Shown piece by piece: positions 40,101 through 50,308 of a stretch of 60,850 bases of DNA. The stretch comes from Patescibacteria group bacterium (GTDB lineage: Bacteria > Patescibacteriota > Minisyncoccia > Minisyncoccales > JANBVM01), in contig JANBVM010000001.1 in the NCBI GenBank assembly GCA_024239015.1, forward strand, positions 1-60,850, in the 5' to 3' direction. The position numbers were made by a program, and so were the translations under genes. The notes below the pieces were generated by a model. It was given only the letters and a program-made list of their open reading frames with translations. It was not told where the DNA came from and searched no databases. Each line of letters begins with the position of its first letter. The first letter of the stretch is position 1.

Positions 40101-40515
40101 GGCCGTTACTTCTTCCTATGAAGATGGTGTTGATAAAAGTAAGGTAGATGAAGCAGCAATGGAAGCTGTGGTAAAATTTGAAAAAGAAAGTGGTAGGGTT
40201 CCTAAGGATGTGCATCTAACAAGTTGCGGATATGATGTCTTATCTAGAAACCCAATTACTGGAAAGATTAGGCATATAGAAGTTAAAGGCCATACTGAGA
40301 GCGGTGATGTTTTTATTACTCCTAATGAATGGTTTATGGCTGGACGATTTGGTGATGATTTTTGGTTATATGTTGTTGATTACGCTTTAAACAATCCAAA
40401 AATTTTTCGGATTCAAAACCCCGCTGAAAACTTAGAATTTGATAAAATTTTAGAAACAAAAAGATATATTATAAAAGAAAATAACTGGAAAAAAAGATAT
40501 AATAATAAAAGGTAA
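37111..40515 (+). CDS. SNF2-family helicase with C-terminal DUF3883 nuclease-like domain
   Basis: PLPHQ, ADDPGAGKT, DEAH, TATPH, GEGINLQ, QRMGRIHR; GYDVLS...IEVKG...TPNEW. Confidence 0.93.
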   Translation: MNTESLRNRKAKAPWWDGIVKIISISNENDSINIQGVYLRNNEFFEQTINTNRFNEIEFLEENDFEGNPTKFFLALIGRLIRINYEYNPYFAVGISKIDPLPHQLEVVYGYLLARPTIRFLIADDPGAGKTIMAGLLIKELKYRKLISRILIVTPGHLIDNWMVEMKSKFSENFTFVNRQYLNNFWSQNIWKKEKQILTSIDFLKKEDISEKLKNEKWDLIIVDEAHKMSARLEGNKIVKTQRYKLGEILSRNCTHFLFLTATPHSGDMNKFSLFLSLLEPEMFGLSKNFQVESQLQDLSNEENSILIRRIKEEMIDFNGNDLFPKRYPSTIKFELSPKEKELYQRVSQYVKVNYNMALNQKRKTVAFALIMLQRRLSSSIRAIKKSLIRRKKRLESVRESDFVKNYGVNELIEIEKKYRNILDSEDLDDLSEKERWEIEKKLETLTMAQNLEELKYEINLLEELIELAENLESSGEETKLQNLWKTLKEEIRDKHEKLIIFTEFRDTLEYLRENISEWGFQVEVIHGKMSMDERIRAEHRFRQEKQILIATEAAGEGINLQFCWLMVNYDIPWNPNRLEQRMGRIHRYLQTHDCYIYNCIAENTMEGRVFIRILEKLMVIRRALGSDRVFDVIGEIFSDVGLHHLIKIALNSPNGWDDVLERIEQKDNVLIERARQLISSGSLAQKHLDLSILNEEIRKSDEFRLWPEYIHEYTELALHSFGGNITSRGIHTLPNKILDLWDYDLEIQYGPLLEKYKNITFDKTIWKSDSQKEYIAPGHPLIESLIEASIRKFSKHLTKGALFLDPDNKFMGLIWFYQVKITDGRNVIISEKIISIKQSFEGKIQEISPLIIWDYIPINNFNDFENTTIKSEIKNLRKDENKIKNCVEKILRTDYFQNLQLKRNNNFDIKKKAIERSMNLRISESLEKIYQYKEKIENGENYDLPLSNEERNKEKLILEKKQKLEQIRREKEITMNSPQILGMIMVIPKKKLKSGEAVTSSYEDGVDKSKVDEAAMEAVVKFEKESGRVPKDVHLTSCGYDVLSRNPITGKIRHIEVKGHTESGDVFITPNEWFMAGRFGDDFWLYVVDYALNNPKIFRIQNPAENLEFDKILETKRYIIKENNWKKRYNNKR

Positions 40516-40522
40516 AGTTAAA

Positions 40523-43171
40523 TTGACTAAAAAATTTATAGAAGAGCAATTTCCAATAGCAGAAATTTCTAAGTTTGGAGTTAATGAAAAAAATAACAAT
40601 TTTGGAAATATATCAACAATTCATCCTTGGTGGGCTAGAAGACCTACAACTGTAGTAAGAGCTCTAATCTTATCTTGTTTATTTAATTATCCCAATAGTA
40701 AATCCAAAAGAAAAGAGATTTCTAAATATATTATTAATGCCTGCTCCGATTTCATGAAACTACCCAATCAAATAACTTTTAAAAATACATTAAATAATCT
40801 TATACATAATAAGATAACCGGAGAAAGATTAAAACTATTAGATCCCTTTGCTGGAGGAGGTGCTATACCTTTAGAATCTTTGAGATTGGGTTTAGAAACT
40901 TATTGTTCAGATTTAAATCCAGTAGCAGTTTTAACTGAGAAGGCTACATGTGAGTTTTTCCAAAGATTTAATGGGAAATTGGCTGAAGAGTTAAATAAGT
41001 GGAGGAAGATCCTTGATAAAAAATTTCTAAGAACTATTAATCCATATTACCAAAATCCAACAAATGTCAATAAAATATATGGATTTTTCTGGGCTAGACA
41101 AATTGAATGTCCTAACTCGTATTGCAAAGCCCTGATTCCAATGTTGACAAATTGTACATTTGTAAATAAAGAATTGCAAAGAAATAGAAAGAAAATCAAA
41201 AAAATAATTGCTTTAAAACCCATTATATCTGGAGAGAGCGGAGAAAAAAAAATTGATTTTGTAATCCAAAAAGATGATGAAATTGATTTTGACCATTCAA
41301 ATCTAAAAATTTATTCAAGTGGTAAGGTAACCTGTCCATCTTGTGAATTTACAATTGATAATCGAGAAGTTATGAACAAAGTTAAAAGTAAGATTTATGG
41401 AGATCGGTTATTGATTGTAATGGAGAAAGATTCTGATGATAAGAAGATATATAGATTATCAACAGAACATGATTTAAACTTATACGAAAAAGTTAAGGAG
41501 GATTTAAAGAAATATAAAGATTTAATTCCAAATGAAGAATTACCTATGGAAGTTAGAAGATGGCAAGTTCAAAATTATGGAATCTTAAATTGGAATGAAT
41601 TTTTTAATGAGAGACAAATATTGACCTCTATGATTTACTTAGAAAAATTAAGAGAAGTCAAAAATGAGATTATTAAAAACAGTGAATATTCAAAAGAATT
41701 AACATCAGCCATAATAGTTTATCTCTCATTTTATTTATCAAAATTAGTGAATTATAATTCAAAATTCACATACTGGGATAAGAGGGAATCAATTGCCAAA
41801 ACTTGGACTAGGCCAGGTATTTTTATGAGGGGTGCCTATCCTGAAAACAATCCACTATATAATTCATCGGGAAAGATGGAAAATTATTTCTATTATCTAA
41901 ATCTAGTGATTGATAATATTGGAAAAATTCGTAATTATGCAACTATTAACCAAGCTGATGTAAGAAGTCTTGATTATAAATCAGATTATTTCGATTTGAT
42001 AATTACTGATCCCCCCTATTATGATGCAATGTTATATGCAAACCCCTCCGATTTCTTTTATATATGGTTAAAATTATGCTTGGAAGATATATATCCAGAG
42101 CTCTTTCTCTTTAAATTAACCCCCAAAGATGCAGAAATTATTCAGAGCAAATTTAGACATGGTAGAGATAAACAAAAAGCTATAGCCTACTACGAAGAGG
42201 GCTTAACTTTAACATTAAGAGAGTTTTATAGAATTTTAAAACCAAGTGGGATGGGTATTATTATGTATACTCACAAATCAGTTGTTGCTTGGGAAGTCTT
42301 AATAAAAGCTTTGTTAAAATCCAATTTTACAATTTCATCTGCTTGGCCAATCGCAACTGAAACTAAAGGTGGTGTTCGAAGCCTAAACCGTGTAGTACTT
42401 GCTTCCTCAATAGCGTTAGTGTTTAAGAAAATAGAAAAGAAAAAAGAAATCTTCTTCGAAACCCAATTTACTTCTATTTTAGAAACTGAATTAAAAGGGA
42501 AACTAAGAGAGTTACTTGTTGACTTAGAAATTTATGGTGCGGACTATTTTATTTCTGCCATTGGATTCTCATTAAATATTTTTACACGATATGAAGCTGT
42601 ATTAAGTCAAAGAACTGGTAAGAAGGTTGAAGTTTCAGTCTTTCTAGACTTAGTTAGAAAAATAGTAAATGATTTTCTATTAAGTACAGTCATAGAAAGA
42701 AATGTGACAAAAAGTAATGATGAGGTGACAAATCTCTACATCATATGGTGCTGGTTTTTTAGAAATAATGGAATAGAACTTGATGATGCTTTAAAATTAG
42801 CGCAATCATTTGGTGTTGGGGAATTGAATGATTTAAAAAAAAGTAAAATAATCAAACTCAAAGATAAAAAATTTAGATTATTATTGGCGAGTGATAAAGA
42901 GCGAGAGAATTATTTATTAAAAAATATAGACAATCTTAATACTTTAATAGAAAAAATTCACTTATTAGCAATTCTGTGGAAGAATAATGATGATAATTTG
43001 GATAAGATTGTCAAAAACTATGAATTAACATCTGGAGAAAATATTTGGAAAGTTGGACAAGCATTAGCAGAGTTCTTTCCAAATAAACATAAAGAACATA
43101 ATATTTTGCAAGGTTTATTGGCAAAATATGGAAAATCTAGAACTAAAAGTGAATTAAGAAAATTTTTATGA
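40523..43171 (+). CDS. DUF1156-family adenine DNA methyltransferase
   Basis: IHPWWARRP, DPFAGGGAIPLE, TDPPYYD. Confidence 0.93.
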   Translation: MTKKFIEEQFPIAEISKFGVNEKNNNFGNISTIHPWWARRPTTVVRALILSCLFNYPNSKSKRKEISKYIINACSDFMKLPNQITFKNTLNNLIHNKITGERLKLLDPFAGGGAIPLESLRLGLETYCSDLNPVAVLTEKATCEFFQRFNGKLAEELNKWRKILDKKFLRTINPYYQNPTNVNKIYGFFWARQIECPNSYCKALIPMLTNCTFVNKELQRNRKKIKKIIALKPIISGESGEKKIDFVIQKDDEIDFDHSNLKIYSSGKVTCPSCEFTIDNREVMNKVKSKIYGDRLLIVMEKDSDDKKIYRLSTEHDLNLYEKVKEDLKKYKDLIPNEELPMEVRRWQVQNYGILNWNEFFNERQILTSMIYLEKLREVKNEIIKNSEYSKELTSAIIVYLSFYLSKLVNYNSKFTYWDKRESIAKTWTRPGIFMRGAYPENNPLYNSSGKMENYFYYLNLVIDNIGKIRNYATINQADVRSLDYKSDYFDLIITDPPYYDAMLYANPSDFFYIWLKLCLEDIYPELFLFKLTPKDAEIIQSKFRHGRDKQKAIAYYEEGLTLTLREFYRILKPSGMGIIMYTHKSVVAWEVLIKALLKSNFTISSAWPIATETKGGVRSLNRVVLASSIALVFKKIEKKKEIFFETQFTSILETELKGKLRELLVDLEIYGADYFISAIGFSLNIFTRYEAVLSQRTGKKVEVSVFLDLVRKIVNDFLLSTVIERNVTKSNDEVTNLYIIWCWFFRNNGIELDDALKLAQSFGVGELNDLKKSKIIKLKDKKFRLLLASDKERENYLLKNIDNLNTLIEKIHLLAILWKNNDDNLDKIVKNYELTSGENIWKVGQALAEFFPNKHKEHNILQGLLAKYGKSRTKSELRKFL

Positions 43172-43189
43172 TTTTATAGAGGCAAAAAT

Positions 43190-46033
43190 ATGTTATTTAA
43201 AAATTGGCAAGAAATAATTGAAATCCAAGATTTTATTGAGTTAGATAAGATAGATAGCTCTCTATTTGTCGCAGATTTGGATAAAATTCGAGCTGGAAAG
43301 GGAATTAGAGAATATTTTGATCCTATTTTGTTTTTTGAAAATACTTATTTAACAAAAGGTTTAACTAAATTATTTAAAGGAGTATTGTCTCGTCTATTAG
43401 GAATTTCAATAGAGGGTGTTTATAACCTTCAAACTTCTTTTGGAGGGGGTAAAACTCATGCTTTAGCAGGGTTATTCCATTTTTTTAATTCTTATAAAAA
43501 ATTGAAAGACGAATTAATCTTTGATGTTATATTAAAAGATTTTAAATCAAAAATCCCTGAAAAATTCTTACTTCAAACTTGTACGATTGTAGGAGCGAAT
43601 TTAGATGTTAATAAAGGTAGAATTGTCGAAAACGATATAAAAATTAATACCATTTGGGGAGAACTCGCATATCAATTAGGAGGGGCAAAGGGTTATAAAA
43701 TAATTGAATTAGACGATAAAAGCAAAACATGCCCGACTAAAGATTCATTAAAGAAACTATTCTTAAGTGTAGAACAACCTTCATTAATTCTAATGGATGA
43801 AGTTTTAGGATATATTTCAAATTTAGATGTAATTGATAAAGAATGGTTAAATACAACTTTTGAATTTTTTCGAAGATTACCTGAAGTAGTTAATGATGAA
43901 GAATTGAAAGTTGCTTTGATTATTTCAATACCAGAAAGTCGTATTGAATCGCAAACCGAAAGAGGAGAAGCTCATCTTTTAACAATAAGTAAAATGATCG
44001 GAAGGGAAGAAAGCATCATTCCACCAATTGAAGGAGAAGAAATCTATCATATTATCCGAAAACGTTTATTCAAACCATTATCAGAAATTAAAAAAAATGA
44101 AATTACGAAAGTTTGTAATAAAATATTCAACCTATATAAAAATATTAAATTTAAAAATTCTCTGCCTGATGAAATATTTTCTACCGTTATTGAAAATTAT
44201 GAAGATAAATTAAATTTAAGTTATCCATTTCACCCTGAATTAATCAAGGTATTTTATGAAAAATGGAATGCTTCCGAAGCTTTTCAAAGAACAAGATATA
44301 TACTAAATATTTTTAGTCTATTGTTAAGAAATTTAAAAAATGACAAAGGTGTCTCTTTAATACTACCAGGACACTTCAGTATAACAGAGTCGGATATTAA
44401 ATCTATTTTATTAAAATTTATGGGTCAAACTTATGAAAGTGTGATTGATACAGACATTAAAAGAGCTCGTTTTCTACAAGAGGAGTCAATTGGTGAAGAT
44501 AAAATAAAAGAGAGTAAATTGGTAGAGAAATTATTTAGAGTTATTTTTTTACATTCTTTTCAAGTTGGAACCAATCCTATTGGAATTAATGAGCAATTTC
44601 TAAATCTATCAGTACTGGATGAATCTGGTATCATCCCTGCCTTAATAGAATTAGCAAGAGCAAAAATGAAAAATTATTTATTCTATTTTTTTGAAGAAAA
44701 CGGTAAATTCTTAATAAAAACAGAAATAAATTTAAATGCGATAATAATTGATGAAAAAAACAAACTAAAGGGAGAAGAAATTGAGGATACTTTTAAATCT
44801 AAACTTAATTCAGTAATAAAAAAGAATTATCAATACATTATATACCCCTCCGTCTCAAATGATATTCCAGACAAACCAGCCATCATTTATATTATAGGTG
44901 ATTCATCATTTGGTATTCCATTAAATAAAATGCATAGTTTAAATCCTGAAATTATTGCTAAGTTATTAGAATTCACAAAAAATATTGGTAAATCAAACAG
45001 AGTATATAAAAACGGATTAATATTTATTTTACCAGAAATTTATAGTTTCAGCGAAGCGCGGGACAAAATAAAAGAATTGTTAGCCTTAGAAAAGATTGAA
45101 AAATCTGATGTTATGAACAGATTATCTTCTACACAAAAGCAAGATTTAAAAAAGAGGATTAAAGATTCAAATGAAAATCTTAACAAATATTATTATAATA
45201 CATATTCAGTAGTATGTAAATGGGATAAAGAATCAAATATAAAAGTGTTTAAAGCATCCCAAGATGGAGAAAATCTTCAAGAACGGGCTGAAAAGATATT
45301 AATCAGTGAAAATGTAATTTTTGAAAGTTATTTTTCGGGAGCTTTAGCTCAGATATTAAATGAAGTTAAAAGTACTGAGGGTTTATGGAACCAATTCTTT
45401 CAAATAGGCGATGTTCTTCTTAAAGATCAAAATGTATTAATAAGAACAATTATCCAAGGAATTCAGAGAGGAGATTTTGCTTATGGGAAATTAGAAGAGA
45501 ATGTTAAAAAAGAGGATTTTTCAAAATTAAAAACAGAAGATTTTAAAATTTGGTATTATCAAGAACAAATTTCAAAAAGTAAAATTACTATTTCAAACGC
45601 CACCTATTTAATTTCGAGTTCTATTGTTGAACAAATTGTTAAAAACTCCATCGAAAAACCTATCCCTCCTGAAACACCACCTATAACACCCCCTACAACA
45701 CTTCCTGAAACACCACCTATAACACCACCTATAACACCCCCTATAACACCTCCTGAAACACCACCTGAGCCAATATCAGAAGAATTGAAAGAATTAAAAC
45801 TATCAATGGAGTTTAGTTGGGAAAATTTGGATCTATTAATGAATTTAAAAACATTACTTTTATTACTAGGACAAAAGTCTGAAGCATTAAAAATTAAATT
45901 CAACATAGATTTTAAGGCTTCTACAAACATTAGTGGAATGATTCTCACCAATATTAAAAAGCTACTTAAAGAATTATCAGATAAAATTGAAAATATTGAT
46001 GTAAAATCTAATATCGAAGATTTAATGGGCTAA
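43190..46033 (+). CDS. DUF499-family ATPase
   Basis: FFENTYLT, LQTSFGGGKTH, TIWGELAYQL, ILMDE, SYPFHPEL, FQRTR. Confidence 0.93.
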   Translation: MLFKNWQEIIEIQDFIELDKIDSSLFVADLDKIRAGKGIREYFDPILFFENTYLTKGLTKLFKGVLSRLLGISIEGVYNLQTSFGGGKTHALAGLFHFFNSYKKLKDELIFDVILKDFKSKIPEKFLLQTCTIVGANLDVNKGRIVENDIKINTIWGELAYQLGGAKGYKIIELDDKSKTCPTKDSLKKLFLSVEQPSLILMDEVLGYISNLDVIDKEWLNTTFEFFRRLPEVVNDEELKVALIISIPESRIESQTERGEAHLLTISKMIGREESIIPPIEGEEIYHIIRKRLFKPLSEIKKNEITKVCNKIFNLYKNIKFKNSLPDEIFSTVIENYEDKLNLSYPFHPELIKVFYEKWNASEAFQRTRYILNIFSLLLRNLKNDKGVSLILPGHFSITESDIKSILLKFMGQTYESVIDTDIKRARFLQEESIGEDKIKESKLVEKLFRVIFLHSFQVGTNPIGINEQFLNLSVLDESGIIPALIELARAKMKNYLFYFFEENGKFLIKTEINLNAIIIDEKNKLKGEEIEDTFKSKLNSVIKKNYQYIIYPSVSNDIPDKPAIIYIIGDSSFGIPLNKMHSLNPEIIAKLLEFTKNIGKSNRVYKNGLIFILPEIYSFSEARDKIKELLALEKIEKSDVMNRLSSTQKQDLKKRIKDSNENLNKYYYNTYSVVCKWDKESNIKVFKASQDGENLQERAEKILISENVIFESYFSGALAQILNEVKSTEGLWNQFFQIGDVLLKDQNVLIRTIIQGIQRGDFAYGKLEENVKKEDFSKLKTEDFKIWYYQEQISKSKITISNATYLISSSIVEQIVKNSIEKPIPPETPPITPPTTLPETPPITPPITPPITPPETPPEPISEELKELKLSMEFSWENLDLLMNLKTLLLLLGQKSEALKIKFNIDFKASTNISGMILTNIKKLLKELSDKIENIDVKSNIEDLMG
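45665..45769 (+). repeat. 12-bp tandem repeat encoding a (PP[E/I/T]T)n linker
   Basis: Units such as CCACCTATAACA and CCTCCTGAAACA within the DUF499 gene. Confidence 0.85.
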
Positions 46034-46097
46034 ATTATAAAATACTAATCATTAGAATCTTGAAAAAAAGCAATTAAAAGATTTAAAATTTCAAAAA

Positions 46098-47003
46098 ATG
46101 AGTCTTATAAAAGATTATTCAGGACCGAAAAGGTATAAACTATTTAAAGTTACATTAGAAGTTTTTGATAAACTGGGAGGTTCTGGAAGAATTGATGAAA
46201 TTCATGAGAAAATTATTGATCTTCTCAATTTAACAGAGGAAATTATTGATTATCCACACGGAGATAGTGGTAGAAGTTATCAAACGGAGCTTGAATATCA
46301 GTTAGCATGGGTAAGAACGATGTTAAAGCATCTGGGTTTAATAAACAATACAAAACAAGGTGTTTGGGTATTAACACAAAAAGCAAAGGAAAGTGATTGG
46401 GACAATAATTACATTGCAGAAAAATATAGAGAATACCTAAAAAATGAAAAAGAAAAGAAACAAAAATCAAAAAATGGAATGGATACTGTAGTCACTCATG
46501 ATCCTGAATTTATAGAAGATATATATGAAGATGAAAAGGAATTAAATTGGAAGCAAAAATTGAAAAACACTCTTACTACTATGAATCCTTATGATTTTGA
46601 AAAACTTACTCAAATTATCCTTAGAGAATGTGGATTTATGGAAGTCGAAATAACAAAAAAGAGTGGAGATGGTGGTCTTGACGGTAAGGGAATATTCCGC
46701 CTTAATAACTTAGTTAGCATCCCTGTAATTTTTGAATGCAAAATATATAAAGACCCTGTCGGAGCAGATAAAATCAGGAATTTTAGAGGAGCAATGCAGG
46801 GAAGAGCAAACAAAGGTTTATTTTTAGCCACAAGTACATTCACAAGAGCTGCAAAAGAGGAGGCAGCTCGAGAAGGAGCTGATTTAATAAATCTTTTAGA
46901 TGGTGAAAAAGTTATAGATCTTCTTAAAGAACTTGAACTCGGTGTTTCGGTGAAAATGGTTGAAAAAGTGGAAATTGATCAGGAATGGTTTGAAAATCTT
47001 TAA
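46098..47003 (+). CDS. mrr: Mrr-family type IV restriction endonuclease
   Basis: Mrr_N (LAWVRTMLK..GLI...GVW.LT) plus Mrr_cat (FEKL, SGDGGLDG, ECK, IRNFRGA, TSTFT). Confidence 0.9.
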   Translation: MSLIKDYSGPKRYKLFKVTLEVFDKLGGSGRIDEIHEKIIDLLNLTEEIIDYPHGDSGRSYQTELEYQLAWVRTMLKHLGLINNTKQGVWVLTQKAKESDWDNNYIAEKYREYLKNEKEKKQKSKNGMDTVVTHDPEFIEDIYEDEKELNWKQKLKNTLTTMNPYDFEKLTQIILRECGFMEVEITKKSGDGGLDGKGIFRLNNLVSIPVIFECKIYKDPVGADKIRNFRGAMQGRANKGLFLATSTFTRAAKEEAAREGADLINLLDGEKVIDLLKELELGVSVKMVEKVEIDQEWFENL

Positions 47004-47089
47004 TTGATTTAATTATAAATATAGGACAAATAATTTTCTTTAAAATTCTTCATTCTATTGATAGAAACATATATCAATTAAAATCATTT

Positions 47090-48079
47090 TTAGAAAAATT
47101 CTATAACTTTACTCAAAAACATTTCCATTCTTTCCTTTTCAGCCAAACAATCTATCCAATCTTTTGGAATAATGGACGTTCCATAGAAAGCTCCGAGAAT
47201 GCTTCCAGCAATACAGGCGACGCTATCGCTATCGCCATCATGGTTAACAGAAACGCGAAGGCACGATTTTAAATCGTTGGCATACTGAATTGCAGAATAA
47301 AGGGCCATAGCAAAAGCCTCTTCTCCGACCCATCCCTGCCCAATATAAGTAAGCGCTTCTAAATCCGATCCAAAAGCTCCACCTTTCCGCTGAGTAAGGC
47401 TCGTTTTTAATCGTTGCATCGCATTTTCAAAATCGGAATGAAGGTGATTGCAATATTTTTCAATGGGATTTATCATTTTATCGGGGTGCATTCCATTAAT
47501 TGCAAGAGCAACAGCATATGATCCTGCGAGAGCTGCTGCTGTTGCTGCCTTATGACCATGAGTAATCTCAGATTGTATCATGGAAACATTAAATAATAGT
47601 TTATGATGAGGTCCATCTATTAAAGGTAATTCCGGTGTTAAAGAATTTGCGAACCAAATCCCTAATGGCGCTGCGCGCATAACAGTTCCACACCCTTTTG
47701 AATCATTAACACCAGATAATTTCCACTTCTTTGCTCCATTTACTTTCAAAAAATTAACAGCATGAGTAGTTGTACGTCCCGGTGAATACCCGGGGTTATT
47801 TAACCAATTAATGAATTCTTCAGCGAAATTCCTGCCGATTGTATCATCAATTAAATCTTTAATTTGTTTTACTTCTCCTAAACGTAATAAAGAGTTAGTA
47901 ACAGCAATCGTCATCTCGGTATCATCTGTCCAAATAGCATTTTTCTCTGGATTTAGAATTCCATCTTCTCCATAAATATCTCGAATTGCTTCGATTGAAT
48001 GGAACTCAACCGGCATCCCTAGAGCATCGCCTAGCGCTAAGCCCCAATAACAACCCAGAATTTTGTCTTTTGTCAACAT
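47090..48079 (-). CDS. ADP-ribosylglycohydrolase
   Basis: GDALGMPVE, WTDDTEM, GTVMRAAP, ITHGH, GDSDS. Confidence 0.93.
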   Translation of the reverse strand: MLTKDKILGCYWGLALGDALGMPVEFHSIEAIRDIYGEDGILNPEKNAIWTDDTEMTIAVTNSLLRLGEVKQIKDLIDDTIGRNFAEEFINWLNNPGYSPGRTTTHAVNFLKVNGAKKWKLSGVNDSKGCGTVMRAAPLGIWFANSLTPELPLIDGPHHKLLFNVSMIQSEITHGHKAATAAALAGSYAVALAINGMHPDKMINPIEKYCNHLHSDFENAMQRLKTSLTQRKGGAFGSDLEALTYIGQGWVGEEAFAMALYSAIQYANDLKSCLRVSVNHDGDSDSVACIAGSILGAFYGTSIIPKDWIDCLAEKERMEMFLSKVIEFF

Positions 48080-48346
48080 GATAAAATCTCAAATAATAGG
48101 TAGAAATAATATAATTTAAACCTGTTCTAAATCCATTTCTATTTAAAATTAGTATTTATTTATGAGGGAAGAAACAGATAAATTTGATATATATACATAT
48201 TTATACCTAAAATAAAAGTCGGATTGTTCGGAAAACACAGAGGAAAACGCTCAAGGCATCATTTTTTTCATATTTCGATAAAATCCTGTAGACATACTTC
48301 TATCTCTATTAGAATAGAGATGCGTAGATAAAAGTTAATGTAAATA

Positions 48347-48540
48347 TATGCATACTTTTTTCCAGTACGTATATTTTTCATTTCAATTGAGAAAGAATGC
48401 CTAATTCGGGATTTTATAATTGAATTCGACTAAGTATAGATAATATGAATATCTGTATTTTATAGTATTTTCCCTGGGAAATCAAATTGAGTAGCATAAA
48501 TATTTATATATAAATATCAAAATTAGATTTAGTTAAAATT
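48347..48540 (+). repeat. About 190-bp direct repeat, copy 1
   Basis: Aligns with 49458-49650 at an offset of 1111 bp; shares ATCTGTATTTTATAGTATTTTCCCTGGGAAATCAAATTGAGTAG. Confidence 0.9.
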
Positions 48541-48691
48541 ATTAAAGGTGTCCCGTAGAGGCATTATTTTCTTCAGAATTGGATATGGAAAAATAGCTTC
48601 ACTGATATAAATACAAAGTATAAATAGTATGAATATTGATATGCATACCTTAATTTTTAATTAAATTGATTTAAATTAGAATTTAAATTAT

Positions 48692-49363
48692 CTAAGATGT
48701 TAAATTATCCATTAATCTTTTAAATTCATCTTCATGAATCTTTATAGAATTTAAAACTTCCTCTATAGGTTTTTCATAAATGTTGGGATGTATTTCAGAA
48801 GTTAAAGTATACACTTCTACATTCTCAAGTTTGAGATTCTTAACATTTTGAAGGTGATTGTCTATTTTTTCTTTTGAAATATTTTCTCTATTAATCACAA
48901 CTATGTGAAAAATTAAATTATCTGATATCTTTAAAATCTTCTCTAGTTTAGTTATACCATCAGGATTTAAAATTTGAATTTTTCCAGATTTCCCTTTAAT
49001 TTTTTTTAATTCTTCATTTTTATTCCTACAAAATTCGGTAATCTTATCTCTCATCCATCCAAAATCAGTTTTTATATCAATAATATGCTCAATAACATTA
49101 TTTTTTACAATAACTGTATCAGGTCTTATGGTTTTAATTCCTTTACTAAAAGTAATATTATGATCAGTAAATAAATCGTAATCCTCAGTTAAATTAACAG
49201 CTAAGAAATAACTAAGTAAATCCTCTGTTAATCCTGAGATTGTTCTGCTAAGACCTCTCTTTATGCTGGGATGATAAAACCTCGGTTTTCTAGCTTCTCT
49301 ATAAAGTTCAATAACTTTGCGGATAAATTCCCGAGGTTCCATTTTAAAATAATATTTTTCCAT
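48692..49363 (-). CDS. Putative PD-(D/E)XK-fold nuclease
   Basis: TEDL...IRPDTVIV...IIDIKTD. Confidence 0.55.
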   Translation of the reverse strand: MEKYYFKMEPREFIRKVIELYREARKPRFYHPSIKRGLSRTISGLTEDLLSYFLAVNLTEDYDLFTDHNITFSKGIKTIRPDTVIVKNNVIEHIIDIKTDFGWMRDKITEFCRNKNEELKKIKGKSGKIQILNPDGITKLEKILKISDNLIFHIVVINRENISKEKIDNHLQNVKNLKLENVEVYTLTSEIHPNIYEKPIEEVLNSIKIHEDEFKRLMDNLTS

Positions 49364-49457
49364 AGACTTTCATCTTTAAATTTTGTTATTAGATTTATTA
49401 TACAAGATTGTATAATATTCCAATATAAGTTTGTATTTATATAATTTCTTACCCGAG

Positions 49458-49650
49458 TATGTATAATTTTTTCCAGAATGCACATTTTTCATTTCAATTG
49501 AGAGAGAATGCCGAATTTGGGATTTTATAATTGAATTCTATTAGCTATAGATAGTATGATTATCTGTATTTTATAGTATTTTCCCTGGGAAATCAAATTG
49601 AGTAGTAAAAATATTTATATATAAATATCAAAATTGAAATTAGTCAAATT
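49458..49650 (+). repeat. About 190-bp direct repeat, copy 2
   Basis: See 48347-48540. Confidence 0.9.
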
Positions 49651-50308
49651 GAATCCTGAGGATTATTTCAAAAATACACTTTTTTTTAATGAAAAAACAT
49701 CGATATCAATAGAAATTGTAAAACATTTGAAGAGGCAAAAAGAATACATTAAGACTTTTAAATATCCAACGAAGTGCAAACCTATTTTTAATGGAAGTGG
49801 GTGTAATCTCTTATTTTGTAAGAAATTATATGATTTTATTATATTAAATAAATTTTCTTCAAAAATTAATGGTTATAATATAGAGCAATTTTTATATTCT
49901 AAAGAATTTGAAGAAATTAATAAATGGATTTATACACACCATCCCGAATTTTCAGATTTAGATAAAGATTATTTTGAGATATTAAATATCTGGATTAATC
50001 GAAGTGCTTTTAATTATGCGGCGCTTTATAAGTATTGTAATTACAATGATAAGATGTTCTTCAAGACAATAAGAGTCTTAAATAATAAAATAAGATATAT
50101 ATTCCCTTGGATTTGGTCGTTAATTATAAAATTATTAATAATTCAAAATCATAAACTTAAAAGATTCGAGCAATTATCATATTATATAAAATATGGCTTG
50201 AATTCAGAGGAGAAGTTTATAAATTATATATATGAAAGTTTAAGGGATATGGTTATTAAAGAAAAACCAATAACCAAGGATTTAATAAGAAATTTAGTAA
50301 AAATATAG
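49634..50308 (+). CDS. Hypothetical protein (start uncertain)
   Basis: 224-aa ORF whose TTG start lies at the end of the direct repeat; may be 5'-truncated. Confidence 0.5.
   Translation: MKLVKLNPEDYFKNTLFFNEKTSISIEIVKHLKRQKEYIKTFKYPTKCKPIFNGSGCNLLFCKKLYDFIILNKFSSKINGYNIEQFLYSKEFEEINKWIYTHHPEFSDLDKDYFEILNIWINRSAFNYAALYKYCNYNDKMFFKTIRVLNNKIRYIFPWIWSLIIKLLIIQNHKLKRFEQLSYYIKYGLNSEEKFINYIYESLRDMVIKEKPITKDLIRNLVKI

Noticed and set aside
45604..45951. Gly-repeat ORF on the minus strand
   Set aside because: Antisense shadow of the Pro/Thr repeat in the DUF499 gene.
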